Origin: an uncultured Eubacteriales bacterium
Lineage (GTDB): Bacteria > Bacillota > Clostridia > Christensenellales > CAG-138
DNA: 64,000 nt
Direction: 5' to 3'
NCBI GenBank assembly: GCA_900549955.1
Contig: URQH01000006.1
Coordinates: 4,116-68,115 of the forward strand
In this document: piece after piece, positions 30,205-38,373 of the stretch
How positions within the stretch are numbered: position 1 is the first letter of the stretch
Layout of the letters: each line of letters opens with the position of its first letter
The notes under the pieces: model-generated
Seen by the model: the letters and a program-made list of their open reading frames with translations, nothing else
Databases searched by the model: none
Told to the model about the DNA's origin: nothing
Program-made: the position numbers and the translations under genes

Positions 30205-31653
30205 ATGCACAGCACCATCGAGTCTCTCCTTGCCACCCTCCGCAGCCGCGGCGATCTGCGCGTCTATGACCGCTCTGCCGATGCGGCGGAGGGCACCGCA
30301 TGCGCCATCGTCAGCCGCGCCGGGCAGAAATACCTTGCGCTCGCCGGCGACCGCGCCGCCCGGTTTGCGGGCCACGATGAGGGCGGCGTACGGCTCTGCC
30401 CGCTCACCGTGGAGAATGCGCAGGCGCTGCAGGCGCTGTTCCCCTATGCCAGGCCTGCCAGCCACGCCGGCCACGCGTTCACCATGGGTCTTGGCGACCG
30501 GCTCGGCCTCGCCACGCCCGGCCACGTGCGCGCCATTGCCGGATACGGCGTCTATCCGGTGCTCGCGCAGCAGTCCATCCGGGAGCTGACGCTCACGAAT
30601 CGCACGTTTGCCGACGTGATCGCCGCCGCCACGTTCGGCGTGTTCCAGGAGGGCTACAAGGGCGGCTACGGCGCCGACGGCGACCACCTCAAAACGAAGG
30701 AAGAGATCCGCTATGCGCTCGAGAGCGGCTGCACGATGATCACGCTGGACTGTTCCGAGCACATCGACATCCACGCCGCCGCCAGTTCCGATGCGGAAGT
30801 GGACGCCGCCTATGCCGCGCTGCCGGCAGAAGTGCGCGACCACTATGAAGCCGCGTATCTGGGCAAGGAGCTGCCGGTCATCGGGCAGCTGAGCGCCGCG
30901 GAGCTCAAACGCATCGTCCTCGTATTCTGGAAGGCCGTCCGCCACGCGGAAAGCTGCTACCGTTATATCGACGAGATCAAGACCGCGGACGTGGACTTCG
31001 AGCTGTCCATCGATGAAACGCGCACGATCACCACGCCTGCCGAACACTTCGTGGTGGCGCAGGAACTCGCCGGGCAGGGCGTGCATCCGGTCAGCGTCGC
31101 GCCGCACTTCTCCGGCGAATTTGAAAAGGGCATCGAATACAGCGGCAACCTGAACGACTTTGCGCGCGACTTCATCATCCACCAGAAAATCGCAGATCAC
31201 TTCGGCTACAAGCTGTCCGTCCATTCCGGCTCGGACAAATTTTCCGTGTTCTCCACGGTCGGCCGCGTGACGCATTGCCACGTACACGTCAAGACCGCGG
31301 GCACCAACTGGCTGGAGGCCATGCGCGTCGTCGCGCTGCACGATCCGGCGCTCTACCGCCGCGCGCACAAATTTGCGCTTGAGCATCGCGCCGAGGCGGA
31401 AAAATACTATCACGTGTCCACCGACCCGAACGAGATCCCGAACATCGACCTGCAGAGCGACGCCTATCTGCCGGAATACCTGCAGCTGCCCGCCTCGCGG
31501 CAGACGCTCCATATCGCCTATGGCCTGCTGCTCAACGAAGCGTGGTTCAAAGAGGCGTTTTTCCCGTTCATGGCCGCGCACGAAGAAGAATATTACGCCG
31601 GGCTGGTGCAGCATATCGGCCGGCACCTGCTCTACCTCACGGCGGAGCGCTGA
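30205..31653 (+). CDS. uxaE: Tagaturonate/fructuronate epimerase family protein
   Basis: 482 aa. The motif FTMGLGDRLGLATPGH and the overall size match the UxaE family as I recall it from Thermotoga. Context with uxaC and a mannitol-dehydrogenase-family reductase supports the call. Confidence 0.75.
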   Translation: MHSTIESLLATLRSRGDLRVYDRSADAAEGTACAIVSRAGQKYLALAGDRAARFAGHDEGGVRLCPLTVENAQALQALFPYARPASHAGHAFTMGLGDRLGLATPGHVRAIAGYGVYPVLAQQSIRELTLTNRTFADVIAAATFGVFQEGYKGGYGADGDHLKTKEEIRYALESGCTMITLDCSEHIDIHAAASSDAEVDAAYAALPAEVRDHYEAAYLGKELPVIGQLSAAELKRIVLVFWKAVRHAESCYRYIDEIKTADVDFELSIDETRTITTPAEHFVVAQELAGQGVHPVSVAPHFSGEFEKGIEYSGNLNDFARDFIIHQKIADHFGYKLSVHSGSDKFSVFSTVGRVTHCHVHVKTAGTNWLEAMRVVALHDPALYRRAHKFALEHRAEAEKYYHVSTDPNEIPNIDLQSDAYLPEYLQLPASRQTLHIAYGLLLNEAWFKEAFFPFMAAHEEEYYAGLVQHIGRHLLYLTAER

Positions 31654-31677
31654 AATCAGAATCAAAGGAGAACGAGC

Positions 31678-33297
31678 ATGAAACTTTGCAATGACACCAT
31701 CCTGCAGCAGCGCGCCGCACTTGAAGCCAAGGGCTATGCGCTGCCCACGTTCGACCGCGCGGCCGTCACGGCCAATACCGCCGCCCGCCCGGAATGGGTG
31801 CACTTCGGCGCCGGCAACATCTTCCGCGCCTTTATCGCCAACCTGAACCAGTCCCTGCTGAATGCAGGGCTGATGGATACCGGCATCGTCGTGGCGGAGG
31901 GGTTTGACGCGGAGATCCTGGACGCGGCATACCGGCCGTTCGACAACCTCTCCGTGCTGGCCACGCTGTGCGCCGACGGGCGGATTGAAAAGACCGTCAT
32001 CGCCAGCGTCGTCAACAGCCTGGGCATGGACCGCGGCACGGAGGACTGGGCGCAGCTCGAAGCCGCATTCCGCTCGCCGTCGCTGAAGATGGCCAGCCTC
32101 ACGATCACCGAAAAGGGCTACAACATCAAGGACGGGCACGGGGACTATTTCCTCGCCGTACTCGCCGACATGGAGCAGGGGCCGGCGCAGGCCGGCAGCT
32201 ACATCGGCAAGATCGCCGCGCTGTGCCACGCGCGCTTTGCCGCCGGCGGCGCGCCGATCGCCCTGGTCAGCATGGACAACTGCTCGCACAACGGCTCGCG
32301 GCTCGAAGCGGCGGTGCTCGCCTTTGCCGACGCGTGGGCCGAGCGCGGCCTGTGCGCCGACGGCTTTGCCGCCTATGTGCGCGACCGCAGCCGCGTCTCC
32401 TTCCCGTGGAGCATGATCGACAAGATCACGCCGCGGCCGGACGATTCCGTACGTGAAATGCTGGAAGCGGACGGGCTGGAGGACATGGGCGTGCGCGTGA
32501 CCGGCCGCCGCTCCTTCGTCGCGCCGTTTGTCAACGCCGAGGAGGCGCAGTACCTGGTCATCGAGGACGCGTTCCCGAACGGGCGCCCGCCGCTCGAGCG
32601 CGCCGGCGTCATCTTTGCCTCGCGCGAAGTGGTCGACATGGTGGAGACCATGAAGGTCTGCACGTGCCTGAACCCGCTGCACACGTGCCTCGCCGTGCTC
32701 GGCTGCCTGCTGGGCTTTACCCGCATCTCCGCCGAAATGCAGGATGCGGACCTGAAACGGCTCGTGGAGATCGTCGGCTACCGCGAGGGGCTGCCCGTCG
32801 TGGTCGACCCCGGCGTCATCAGCCCGCGCGCGTTCATCGACGAGGTCATCGGCAAGCGCTTCCCGAACCCGTTTTTACAGGATACGCCGCAGCGCATCGC
32901 GACCGATACCTCCCAGAAGATCGCCATCCGGTTCGGCAACACGATCAAAAAGTACGCGGCGTCTGACACGCTCCACGTGCAGGATCTCAAGCTCATCTCC
33001 TTCGTGCTGGCCGCATGGTGCCGCTATCTGATGGCGGTGGACGACAACGGGCAGCCGTTCCAGCCGAGCGACGACCCGCTCCTGCCGATGCTCACGCCGC
33101 GCTTTGCAGCCGTCACGCTCGGGCAGCCGTGCGACGTGCACGCCGTACTCGAGCCCGTGCTCTCCGACGAGCGGATCATGGGCGTCGACCTGTATGCGGT
33201 GGGTCTCGGCGAGACGGTCGAGGCGCGCTTTGCCGAGCTCATCACCGGGCCGGGCGCCGTGCGCGCCGCGCTGCACCGTCACGTTTCTGAAGCATAA
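31678..33297 (+). CDS. uxuB: Mannitol dehydrogenase family oxidoreductase, fructuronate (mannonate) reductase-like
   Basis: 539 aa. N-terminal Rossmann fold VHFGAGNIFRAF, typical of long-chain mannitol dehydrogenase family enzymes. Operon partner of uxaE. Confidence 0.75.
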   Translation: MKLCNDTILQQRAALEAKGYALPTFDRAAVTANTAARPEWVHFGAGNIFRAFIANLNQSLLNAGLMDTGIVVAEGFDAEILDAAYRPFDNLSVLATLCADGRIEKTVIASVVNSLGMDRGTEDWAQLEAAFRSPSLKMASLTITEKGYNIKDGHGDYFLAVLADMEQGPAQAGSYIGKIAALCHARFAAGGAPIALVSMDNCSHNGSRLEAAVLAFADAWAERGLCADGFAAYVRDRSRVSFPWSMIDKITPRPDDSVREMLEADGLEDMGVRVTGRRSFVAPFVNAEEAQYLVIEDAFPNGRPPLERAGVIFASREVVDMVETMKVCTCLNPLHTCLAVLGCLLGFTRISAEMQDADLKRLVEIVGYREGLPVVVDPGVISPRAFIDEVIGKRFPNPFLQDTPQRIATDTSQKIAIRFGNTIKKYAASDTLHVQDLKLISFVLAAWCRYLMAVDDNGQPFQPSDDPLLPMLTPRFAAVTLGQPCDVHAVLEPVLSDERIMGVDLYAVGLGETVEARFAELITGPGAVRAALHRHVSEA

Positions 33298-33374
33298 ACA
33301 TCCCGCATCCGGCCCGCCGGCCCGTCGCCGGCGGGCCAGTCGCCATTCAGCGCTGGAGAACAGGAGGCTTCCCG

Positions 33375-34070
33375 ATGGTCCAGACCGCAATCCCCCCGAA
33401 AAAAGCGGGCGAGAACGCCCGGCAATACGCCTACCGCGTGCTGTACAACGGCATCATGACGCTGGACTTCCCGCCAGGCATGGTGCTTGTGGATGCAGAG
33501 CTGTCGCAGGCGCTGCAGATCAGCCGCACGCCCATCCGTGAGGCCATCGTCTCGCTGGTCGAGTCCAAGCTCGTGACCGTGTACCCCCAGCGTTCCAGCA
33601 CGGTGTCGCGCATCGACCTGGACGCGGTCGAAGAGGGCGTGTTCCTGCGCTACCACACCGAGCGCGCCATCTTCCGTGAGGCGGTGCAAAAGGCCGGCGG
33701 AGCCGACCTCGCGCGATTGCGGGAAAATGTGGAACAGCAGCGCGTGCATCTCGAGAAAGGGGATCTGGACCGGTACATGGAACTGGACAACGAGTTTCAC
33801 AAGCTGCTCTACCTCGCCGCAGGCAAGCCCTGGACCTGGGCGACCGTCATGCGCATCGTGACGCATCACGACCGCGTGCGGCGCCTGCAGGTGCGCCTTG
33901 GCACCGAGCAGCTCTGGCCGGCGCACGAGGAGCACCGCGTGCTCTTCCGCGCCGTCATGACACGTTCGGAACGGGATATGGACGACTTTCTGTATGAACA
34001 CCTGACCGCCGGCTACCGCGGCGCGCTGCCGGAGCTGATGCAAAAATATCCCGACTATTTTGCCATTTAA
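33375..34070 (+). CDS. GntR family (FadR/FCD subfamily) transcriptional regulator
   Basis: Winged HTH (LSQALQISRTPIREAIVSLVESKLV) plus a C-terminal FCD-like helical domain. Last gene of the uxaE operon. Confidence 0.85.
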   Translation: MVQTAIPPKKAGENARQYAYRVLYNGIMTLDFPPGMVLVDAELSQALQISRTPIREAIVSLVESKLVTVYPQRSSTVSRIDLDAVEEGVFLRYHTERAIFREAVQKAGGADLARLRENVEQQRVHLEKGDLDRYMELDNEFHKLLYLAAGKPWTWATVMRIVTHHDRVRRLQVRLGTEQLWPAHEEHRVLFRAVMTRSERDMDDFLYEHLTAGYRGALPELMQKYPDYFAI

Positions 34071-34121
34071 CGCGGCAGGGCCGCCGCCTGCCACACAAAA
34101 ATCTCAATTTGTGTCAACCAA

Positions 34122-34150
34122 ACAGGGAGCCGGAATATCCGGCTCCCTGT
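34122..34150. terminator. Bidirectional terminator hairpin between gntR and metH
   Basis: ACAGGGAGCCGG-aatat-CCGGCTCCCTGT, a perfect 12-bp stem. Confidence 0.6.
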
Positions 34151-34186
34151 CCGTCTTGCCCGTTCCCGTCCGTTGCCTCCCCGCCG

Positions 34187-36589
34187 TCACGTTTCAGAGG
34201 GCAGCGCGCCGTCCACCTCTTCGGCATAGCGCACCGTCTCCATCGCGTCCGCGGCATAGCGGTCCGCGCCGATGCGCGCGGCATACCCTTCGTTCAGCAC
34301 CGCGCCGCCGACGACGATCCGGCACCAGGGCGCGGCCGCCCGCACCCGGCGGATGGTCTCCTCCATGGCCGGCACGGTGGTCGTCATCAGCGCGCTGAGC
34401 CCCAGCAGCGGCGCGTGCAGGCGGACCACCTCTTCCGCGACCCGCTCCGGGGGCACGTCGCGCCCCAGGTCCGTCACGGCAAACCCGTAGTTCTCGAGCA
34501 ACAGTTTGACGATGTTCTTCCCGATATCGTGAATGTCGCCGTGCACCGTGGCGAGCACGACGCGACAGCGGGCGGCGCCGGGCGTCCGCTGCGCGGACAG
34601 GGCGACCCGGATGCGCTCAAAGGCGCTTTTGGCCGCCTCCGCGCTCATGAGCAGCTGCGGCAGATAGACCGTGCCGCGCTCAAACCCCTGCCCCACCACG
34701 TCCAGCGCCGGGATGATCTCGCCCTTGACAAGCTCCAGCGGCTCCGTCGTCTGCAGCAGTGCCTGCGTCAGCTCGCCTGCGCGCTCGCGCAGGCCCCTTT
34801 CGATCGCGCGGCGCAGCGTCGTCTCCGTCTCCTTCGCAACCGTGCCGGCGGCCAGCCGGGCAGGTTCGCCCGCCGCAAACGCGATATAGTCCGCGCAGTC
34901 GGCATCCTGACCGTGCAACGCGCGGAAGGCGTAATACACCCGGCGCATGTCCGCCGAGTGCGGGTTGAGAATCGCCGCGGACAGCCCGTTTTCCAGCGCG
35001 CACGCAAAGAACGTGGCGTTGACCGCGTCCCGCGCCGGCAGCCCGAACGAGACGTTGGAGATCCCGAGCGACGTGCGGCAGCCCAGCTCGCTCCCGATGC
35101 GGCGCACCGCCTCCAGCGTGACGAGCGCCGCGCCCGGGTCCGCGCTCACGGTCATGGCCAGCGGATCGAAGAGCAGATCCTCCGGTCCCAGCCCATACGC
35201 CGCCGCTGCGCGCAAAATCTTCTCCGCGATGCGCACGCGCCCGTCCGCCGTCGCGGGGATGCCGTCCTCGTCGAGCGTCAGCGCCACGACCAGCGCGCCA
35301 TATTTCCGGGCAAGCGGCAACACGCTGTGCAGGCTCTCCTGCTTGCCGTTGACGGAGTTGAGCAGCGCCTTGCCGTTGTAGCGGCGCAATGCCGCCTCCA
35401 TGGCCACGGGGTTTGACGTGTCGATCTGCAGCGGCAGATCGACGACCGCCTGCAATTCGCACACCACGTCGCAGAGCAGCGCCGGCTCATCCACGTCCGG
35501 CAGGCCGACGTTCACGTCCAGCACGTGCGCGCCCGCCTCCTGCTGGCGGATCCCCTCCTGCAGCACATAGCCGATGTCCCTCTCCCTCAGCGCCTGCTGA
35601 AAGCGTTTCTTGCCGGTCGGGTTGATCCGTTCGCCGATCAGCACGGGCGCGCCGCCAAAGCAGACCGCGTGCGTATAGGAGGAGATGCAGGCGGTCTGCT
35701 TGCGCGTCACCGGCGCCGGTTCAAGCCCGCCGCACCTGCGCACAAGCGCTTCGATGTGCGCCGGCGTCGTGCCGCAGCAGCCGCCCACCACACGCACCCC
35801 GCGCGCAACCAGCGCCGCCACCTCCTGCGCAAAGTCCTCCGGCCCCACGTCGTACACCGTCCTGCCGTCCACGCTGCGCGGCAGCCCCGCATTGGGCATA
35901 AACAGCACCGGCACCGACGCGCACGCGAGCAGCTCCTCCACGACGCCGGACAGTTGCCTCGGCCCGAACGAGCAGTTGGCGCCGATCGCGTCGGCATGCA
36001 GCCCCTCCAGCATGGCCACCATGGCGGCGGGCGTGGCGCCGGTCATCAGCTTTCCGTCCGCACCATAGGCGTTGGATACAAAGACCGGCAGGTCGCTGTT
36101 CTCCTTGGCGGCGAGCAGCGCGGCCTTGGTCTCATAGCTGTCGCTCATCGTCTCGATCAGGATCAGCTCCGCGCCGTGCTTCACGCCCAGCCGCACCGCG
36201 GCCGCAAACGCGCGCACCGCGTCCTCAAAGTCAAAATCGCCAAAGGGGCGCAGCAACCGCCCCGTTGGGCCGATGTCCAGCGCGACAAACTTCTCCTGCG
36301 CCGCGCGGCTCGCCTCCCGCGCCGCGCGCACGTTGTCGAGCGCCGCCGCCACGATGCGCTCCAGCTCGTCCGGCGCATACCGCAGCGCGTTCGCGCCAAA
36401 CGTGTTGGCCGACACCACGTGGCTCCCGGCGTCAAAATATGCGCGGTGGATCTCCTGCACTGCGTCCGGGTGCGTCAGGTTCCACCCCTCCGGCGCCTCG
36501 CCGGCGCGCAGGCCGCGCTGCTGCAGCAGGGTGCCCATGCCGCCGTCGAGATACAACATATGCTGTTTCAGATGGTCCAGAACGGTCAT
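34187..36589 (-). CDS. metH: Methionine synthase core (Hcy-binding, pterin-binding and B12-binding domains; lacks the activation domain)
   Basis: ORF 34187..37099. Start moved to ATG 36589 (MTVLDHLKQHMLYLDGGMGT) after GGAGGGA. The cobalamin motif GDIHDIGKNIV (DxHxxG) lies near the C-terminus. The N-terminal 170 aa of the track ORF overlap the upstream gene and are spurious. Confidence 0.9.
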   Translation of the reverse strand: MTVLDHLKQHMLYLDGGMGTLLQQRGLRAGEAPEGWNLTHPDAVQEIHRAYFDAGSHVVSANTFGANALRYAPDELERIVAAALDNVRAAREASRAAQEKFVALDIGPTGRLLRPFGDFDFEDAVRAFAAAVRLGVKHGAELILIETMSDSYETKAALLAAKENSDLPVFVSNAYGADGKLMTGATPAAMVAMLEGLHADAIGANCSFGPRQLSGVVEELLACASVPVLFMPNAGLPRSVDGRTVYDVGPEDFAQEVAALVARGVRVVGGCCGTTPAHIEALVRRCGGLEPAPVTRKQTACISSYTHAVCFGGAPVLIGERINPTGKKRFQQALRERDIGYVLQEGIRQQEAGAHVLDVNVGLPDVDEPALLCDVVCELQAVVDLPLQIDTSNPVAMEAALRRYNGKALLNSVNGKQESLHSVLPLARKYGALVVALTLDEDGIPATADGRVRIAEKILRAAAAYGLGPEDLLFDPLAMTVSADPGAALVTLEAVRRIGSELGCRTSLGISNVSFGLPARDAVNATFFACALENGLSAAILNPHSADMRRVYYAFRALHGQDADCADYIAFAAGEPARLAAGTVAKETETTLRRAIERGLRERAGELTQALLQTTEPLELVKGEIIPALDVVGQGFERGTVYLPQLLMSAEAAKSAFERIRVALSAQRTPGAARCRVVLATVHGDIHDIGKNIVKLLLENYGFAVTDLGRDVPPERVAEEVVRLHAPLLGLSALMTTTVPAMEETIRRVRAAAPWCRIVVGGAVLNEGYAARIGADRYAADAMETVRYAEEVDGALPSET

Positions 36590-37260
36590 GGTGTCCCTCC
36601 GTCGTGCTGTCCGGCCGGGTCGTGCCCGGGTTGCGTCCCGTCCGTGCCGCGCGCCGGGCCGATGCCAATGAGCGCCGTCACCGATTTGGTCGGGGACATG
36701 AGCAGGCTGCCGTTGAGCGTCAGGCCGATCCGGCGCTCCGGTTCCAGCGCCCGGAAGATCTCCCGCTGGAGCCCAAGCGGCAGGTCGCCGTACCCGGGGC
36801 TGAAACGCGGCCGGGCCTCCTGCCCCGCAAGCCGCGCCTCTGCGCGCACTTCTTCGTTGAACGCGTCGCACAGCCGCTCGATGCGCTCTGCGCCGATCGC
36901 CTGCAGGAGCAGCGCGCGCGACGGCGCGGTGCGGCTGTACCGCGCAATCAGCCGGTCGAGCCCCAGCCCCACGGTAGCGGCAAACAGCACGGCGCTGCCG
37001 CACCCCGTCAGGTTTTTGGCCAAATTCGACGAGTGGACCCTGGCAAACCCCAAATCGACCTCCGCCCCCTGCACCGCAACGGGGAAGGTATCGAAGCACA
37101 CCCGGCAGGCGAGCGCCGGCAGCGCCTCCCGGACGCAGTCGGCCAGCAGCGCCTGAAGTTCCGCCGGCGGCTCGCCCCGGCAGCCCGCATACCGCAGGGC
37201 CTCGCGCGTGTCGACCGCCCCAAGGGCATATTCGCGCATGCCCATGCGCTCCAGGCTCAT
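36586..37260 (-). CDS. Stand-alone methionine synthase reactivation (AdoMet-binding activation) domain protein
   Basis: 224 aa with ATGA overlaps at both ends (metF stop / metH start). The sequence ...RFSPGYGDLPL..Q...F.. is typical of the Met_synt_B12 activation domain. Confidence 0.75.
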   Translation of the reverse strand: MSLERMGMREYALGAVDTREALRYAGCRGEPPAELQALLADCVREALPALACRVCFDTFPVAVQGAEVDLGFARVHSSNLAKNLTGCGSAVLFAATVGLGLDRLIARYSRTAPSRALLLQAIGAERIERLCDAFNEEVRAEARLAGQEARPRFSPGYGDLPLGLQREIFRALEPERRIGLTLNGSLLMSPTKSVTALIGIGPARGTDGTQPGHDPAGQHDGGTP

Positions 37261-38135
37261 CTGCCCAAAATGGCCGACAGGTTGCCCTGGATCCGGCGCG
37301 CCACCTGCGGCTTGTTCATGGAATATACGTGGACGTTGTTGACGCCGTTGGCAAACAGGTCGATGATCTGGTCCGTCGCATACGCGATGCCCGCCTCCAT
37401 CATGGACGCCGGATCGCCGCCAAAGCGGTCGACGAGGCTCTTGAACCGCTGCGGCATGTGCGAGCCGGACAGGCGGATCGCCCGCGCCACCTGGTTCGCA
37501 TTCGTGATCGGCATGATGCCGGCCACCACCGGCACGGTGATGCCCGCCTCGCGGATCTTATAGAGAAAGTTGTAGAGCAGGTTGTTGTCGAAAAACATCT
37601 GTGTGGTGAGAAAGGCGCAGCCGGCCTCCACCTTTTCGCGCAGGAACCGGATGTCCTCGCGCTGGTTCGCACTCTCGGGATGCACCTCCGGGTAGCACGC
37701 CGCGCCGATGCAGAAGTCCGCGCCGCTCTCCCGCAGCTCGCGCACGAGGTCGGTCGCGTGGCGGTACTGCCAGGTCGAGCGGTCGGCATTCTGCAGCTCC
37801 GGCGGCAGGTCGCCGCGCAGGGCCATGACGTTCTCGATCCCGGCGTCGCGCATCTGCGCAATGCGGTCGCGCACGGTCTCCCGCGTAGAGGACACGCACG
37901 TCAGGTGCGCCAGCGTCTCCACCCCGTATTGGGTGCGAATGCCGCGCGCAATGTCGAGCGTATAGGCGCTGGTACCGCCGCCCGCCCCATAGGTCACGCT
38001 CATAAAGGCGGGGTGCAGCCCGGCGATCTCCTCCGTCGCGCGGCGCACGCTCTCAAACGCGGTGCCGGCCTTCGGCGGGAACACCTCAAAGGACAGCGAC
38101 GGCATGCCCCGGTACAGGATTTCGGTCAGTTTCAT
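37257..38135 (-). CDS. metF: Methylenetetrahydrofolate reductase
   Basis: 292 aa. SFEVFPPK...VTYGAGG...HLTC, typical MetF motifs. Confidence 0.92.
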   Translation of the reverse strand: MKLTEILYRGMPSLSFEVFPPKAGTAFESVRRATEEIAGLHPAFMSVTYGAGGGTSAYTLDIARGIRTQYGVETLAHLTCVSSTRETVRDRIAQMRDAGIENVMALRGDLPPELQNADRSTWQYRHATDLVRELRESGADFCIGAACYPEVHPESANQREDIRFLREKVEAGCAFLTTQMFFDNNLLYNFLYKIREAGITVPVVAGIMPITNANQVARAIRLSGSHMPQRFKSLVDRFGGDPASMMEAGIAYATDQIIDLFANGVNNVHVYSMNKPQVARRIQGNLSAILGR

Positions 38136-38162
38136 CGTTCCTCGCCCCTCTTGTGATGATAT

Positions 38163-38191
38163 AGTATATCATCTGCGTTGAATCTGCACAA
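38163..38191 (-). promoter_or_regulatory. Candidate sigma-A promoter of metF-(activation domain)-metH
   Basis: Minus strand: TTGTGC (38191-38186), 17 nt, TATACT (38168-38163), ~30 nt upstream of the metF ATG. Confidence 0.4.
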
Positions 38192-38373
38192 GTGGCGCGC
38201 GCCGGCTCGCACCGCCCGCCAGGCGAAATCGCCGGGCAACCTGGAGGCGCGGTTGCAACAACATGGCGGCTGCACCGGTCTCCCGGCGCGGCCGCCATTG
38301 CCCGGGAAACCGCGCGGCCGGGCCGGCTTCCTGCCGGCCCGGCCGCCTGTGCCGGTCGCCCGCCTGTGCTCCC

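Noticed and set aside
20645-32682. Other long antisense ORFs. Inside the span given: 20645..22933 +, 24322..25986 +, 25929..27491 +, 28472..30022 +, 30019..32682 -. Elsewhere in the window: 9382..11391 +, 48474..51029 +, 54157..56193 -
   Set aside because: Each mirrors a confidently identified gene on the opposite strand: amidase and permease, LarA-like, gnd, uxaC, uxaE and uxuB, mtaB, lon, and the HlyD adaptor. None has a recognisable motif.
34187-37099. N-terminal extensions in the ORF track. Examples include metH called as 970 aa, uxaC 517 aa, kdgK-like 399 aa, LarA-like 466 aa, engB 277 aa, rsmE 293 aa, and the DUF1002-like protein 464 aa
   Set aside because: Internal ATG or GTG codons with good RBSs coincide with the canonical family N-termini. 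The extensions overlap upstream genes or promoters.
38136-38373. A possible SAM (S-box) or cobalamin riboswitch upstream of metF-metH
   Set aside because: I read the minus-strand leader and found none of the conserved S-box or B12-box cores. I see only a GC hairpin after the hydrogenase gene and a promoter-like element. An Rfam scan would be decisive.
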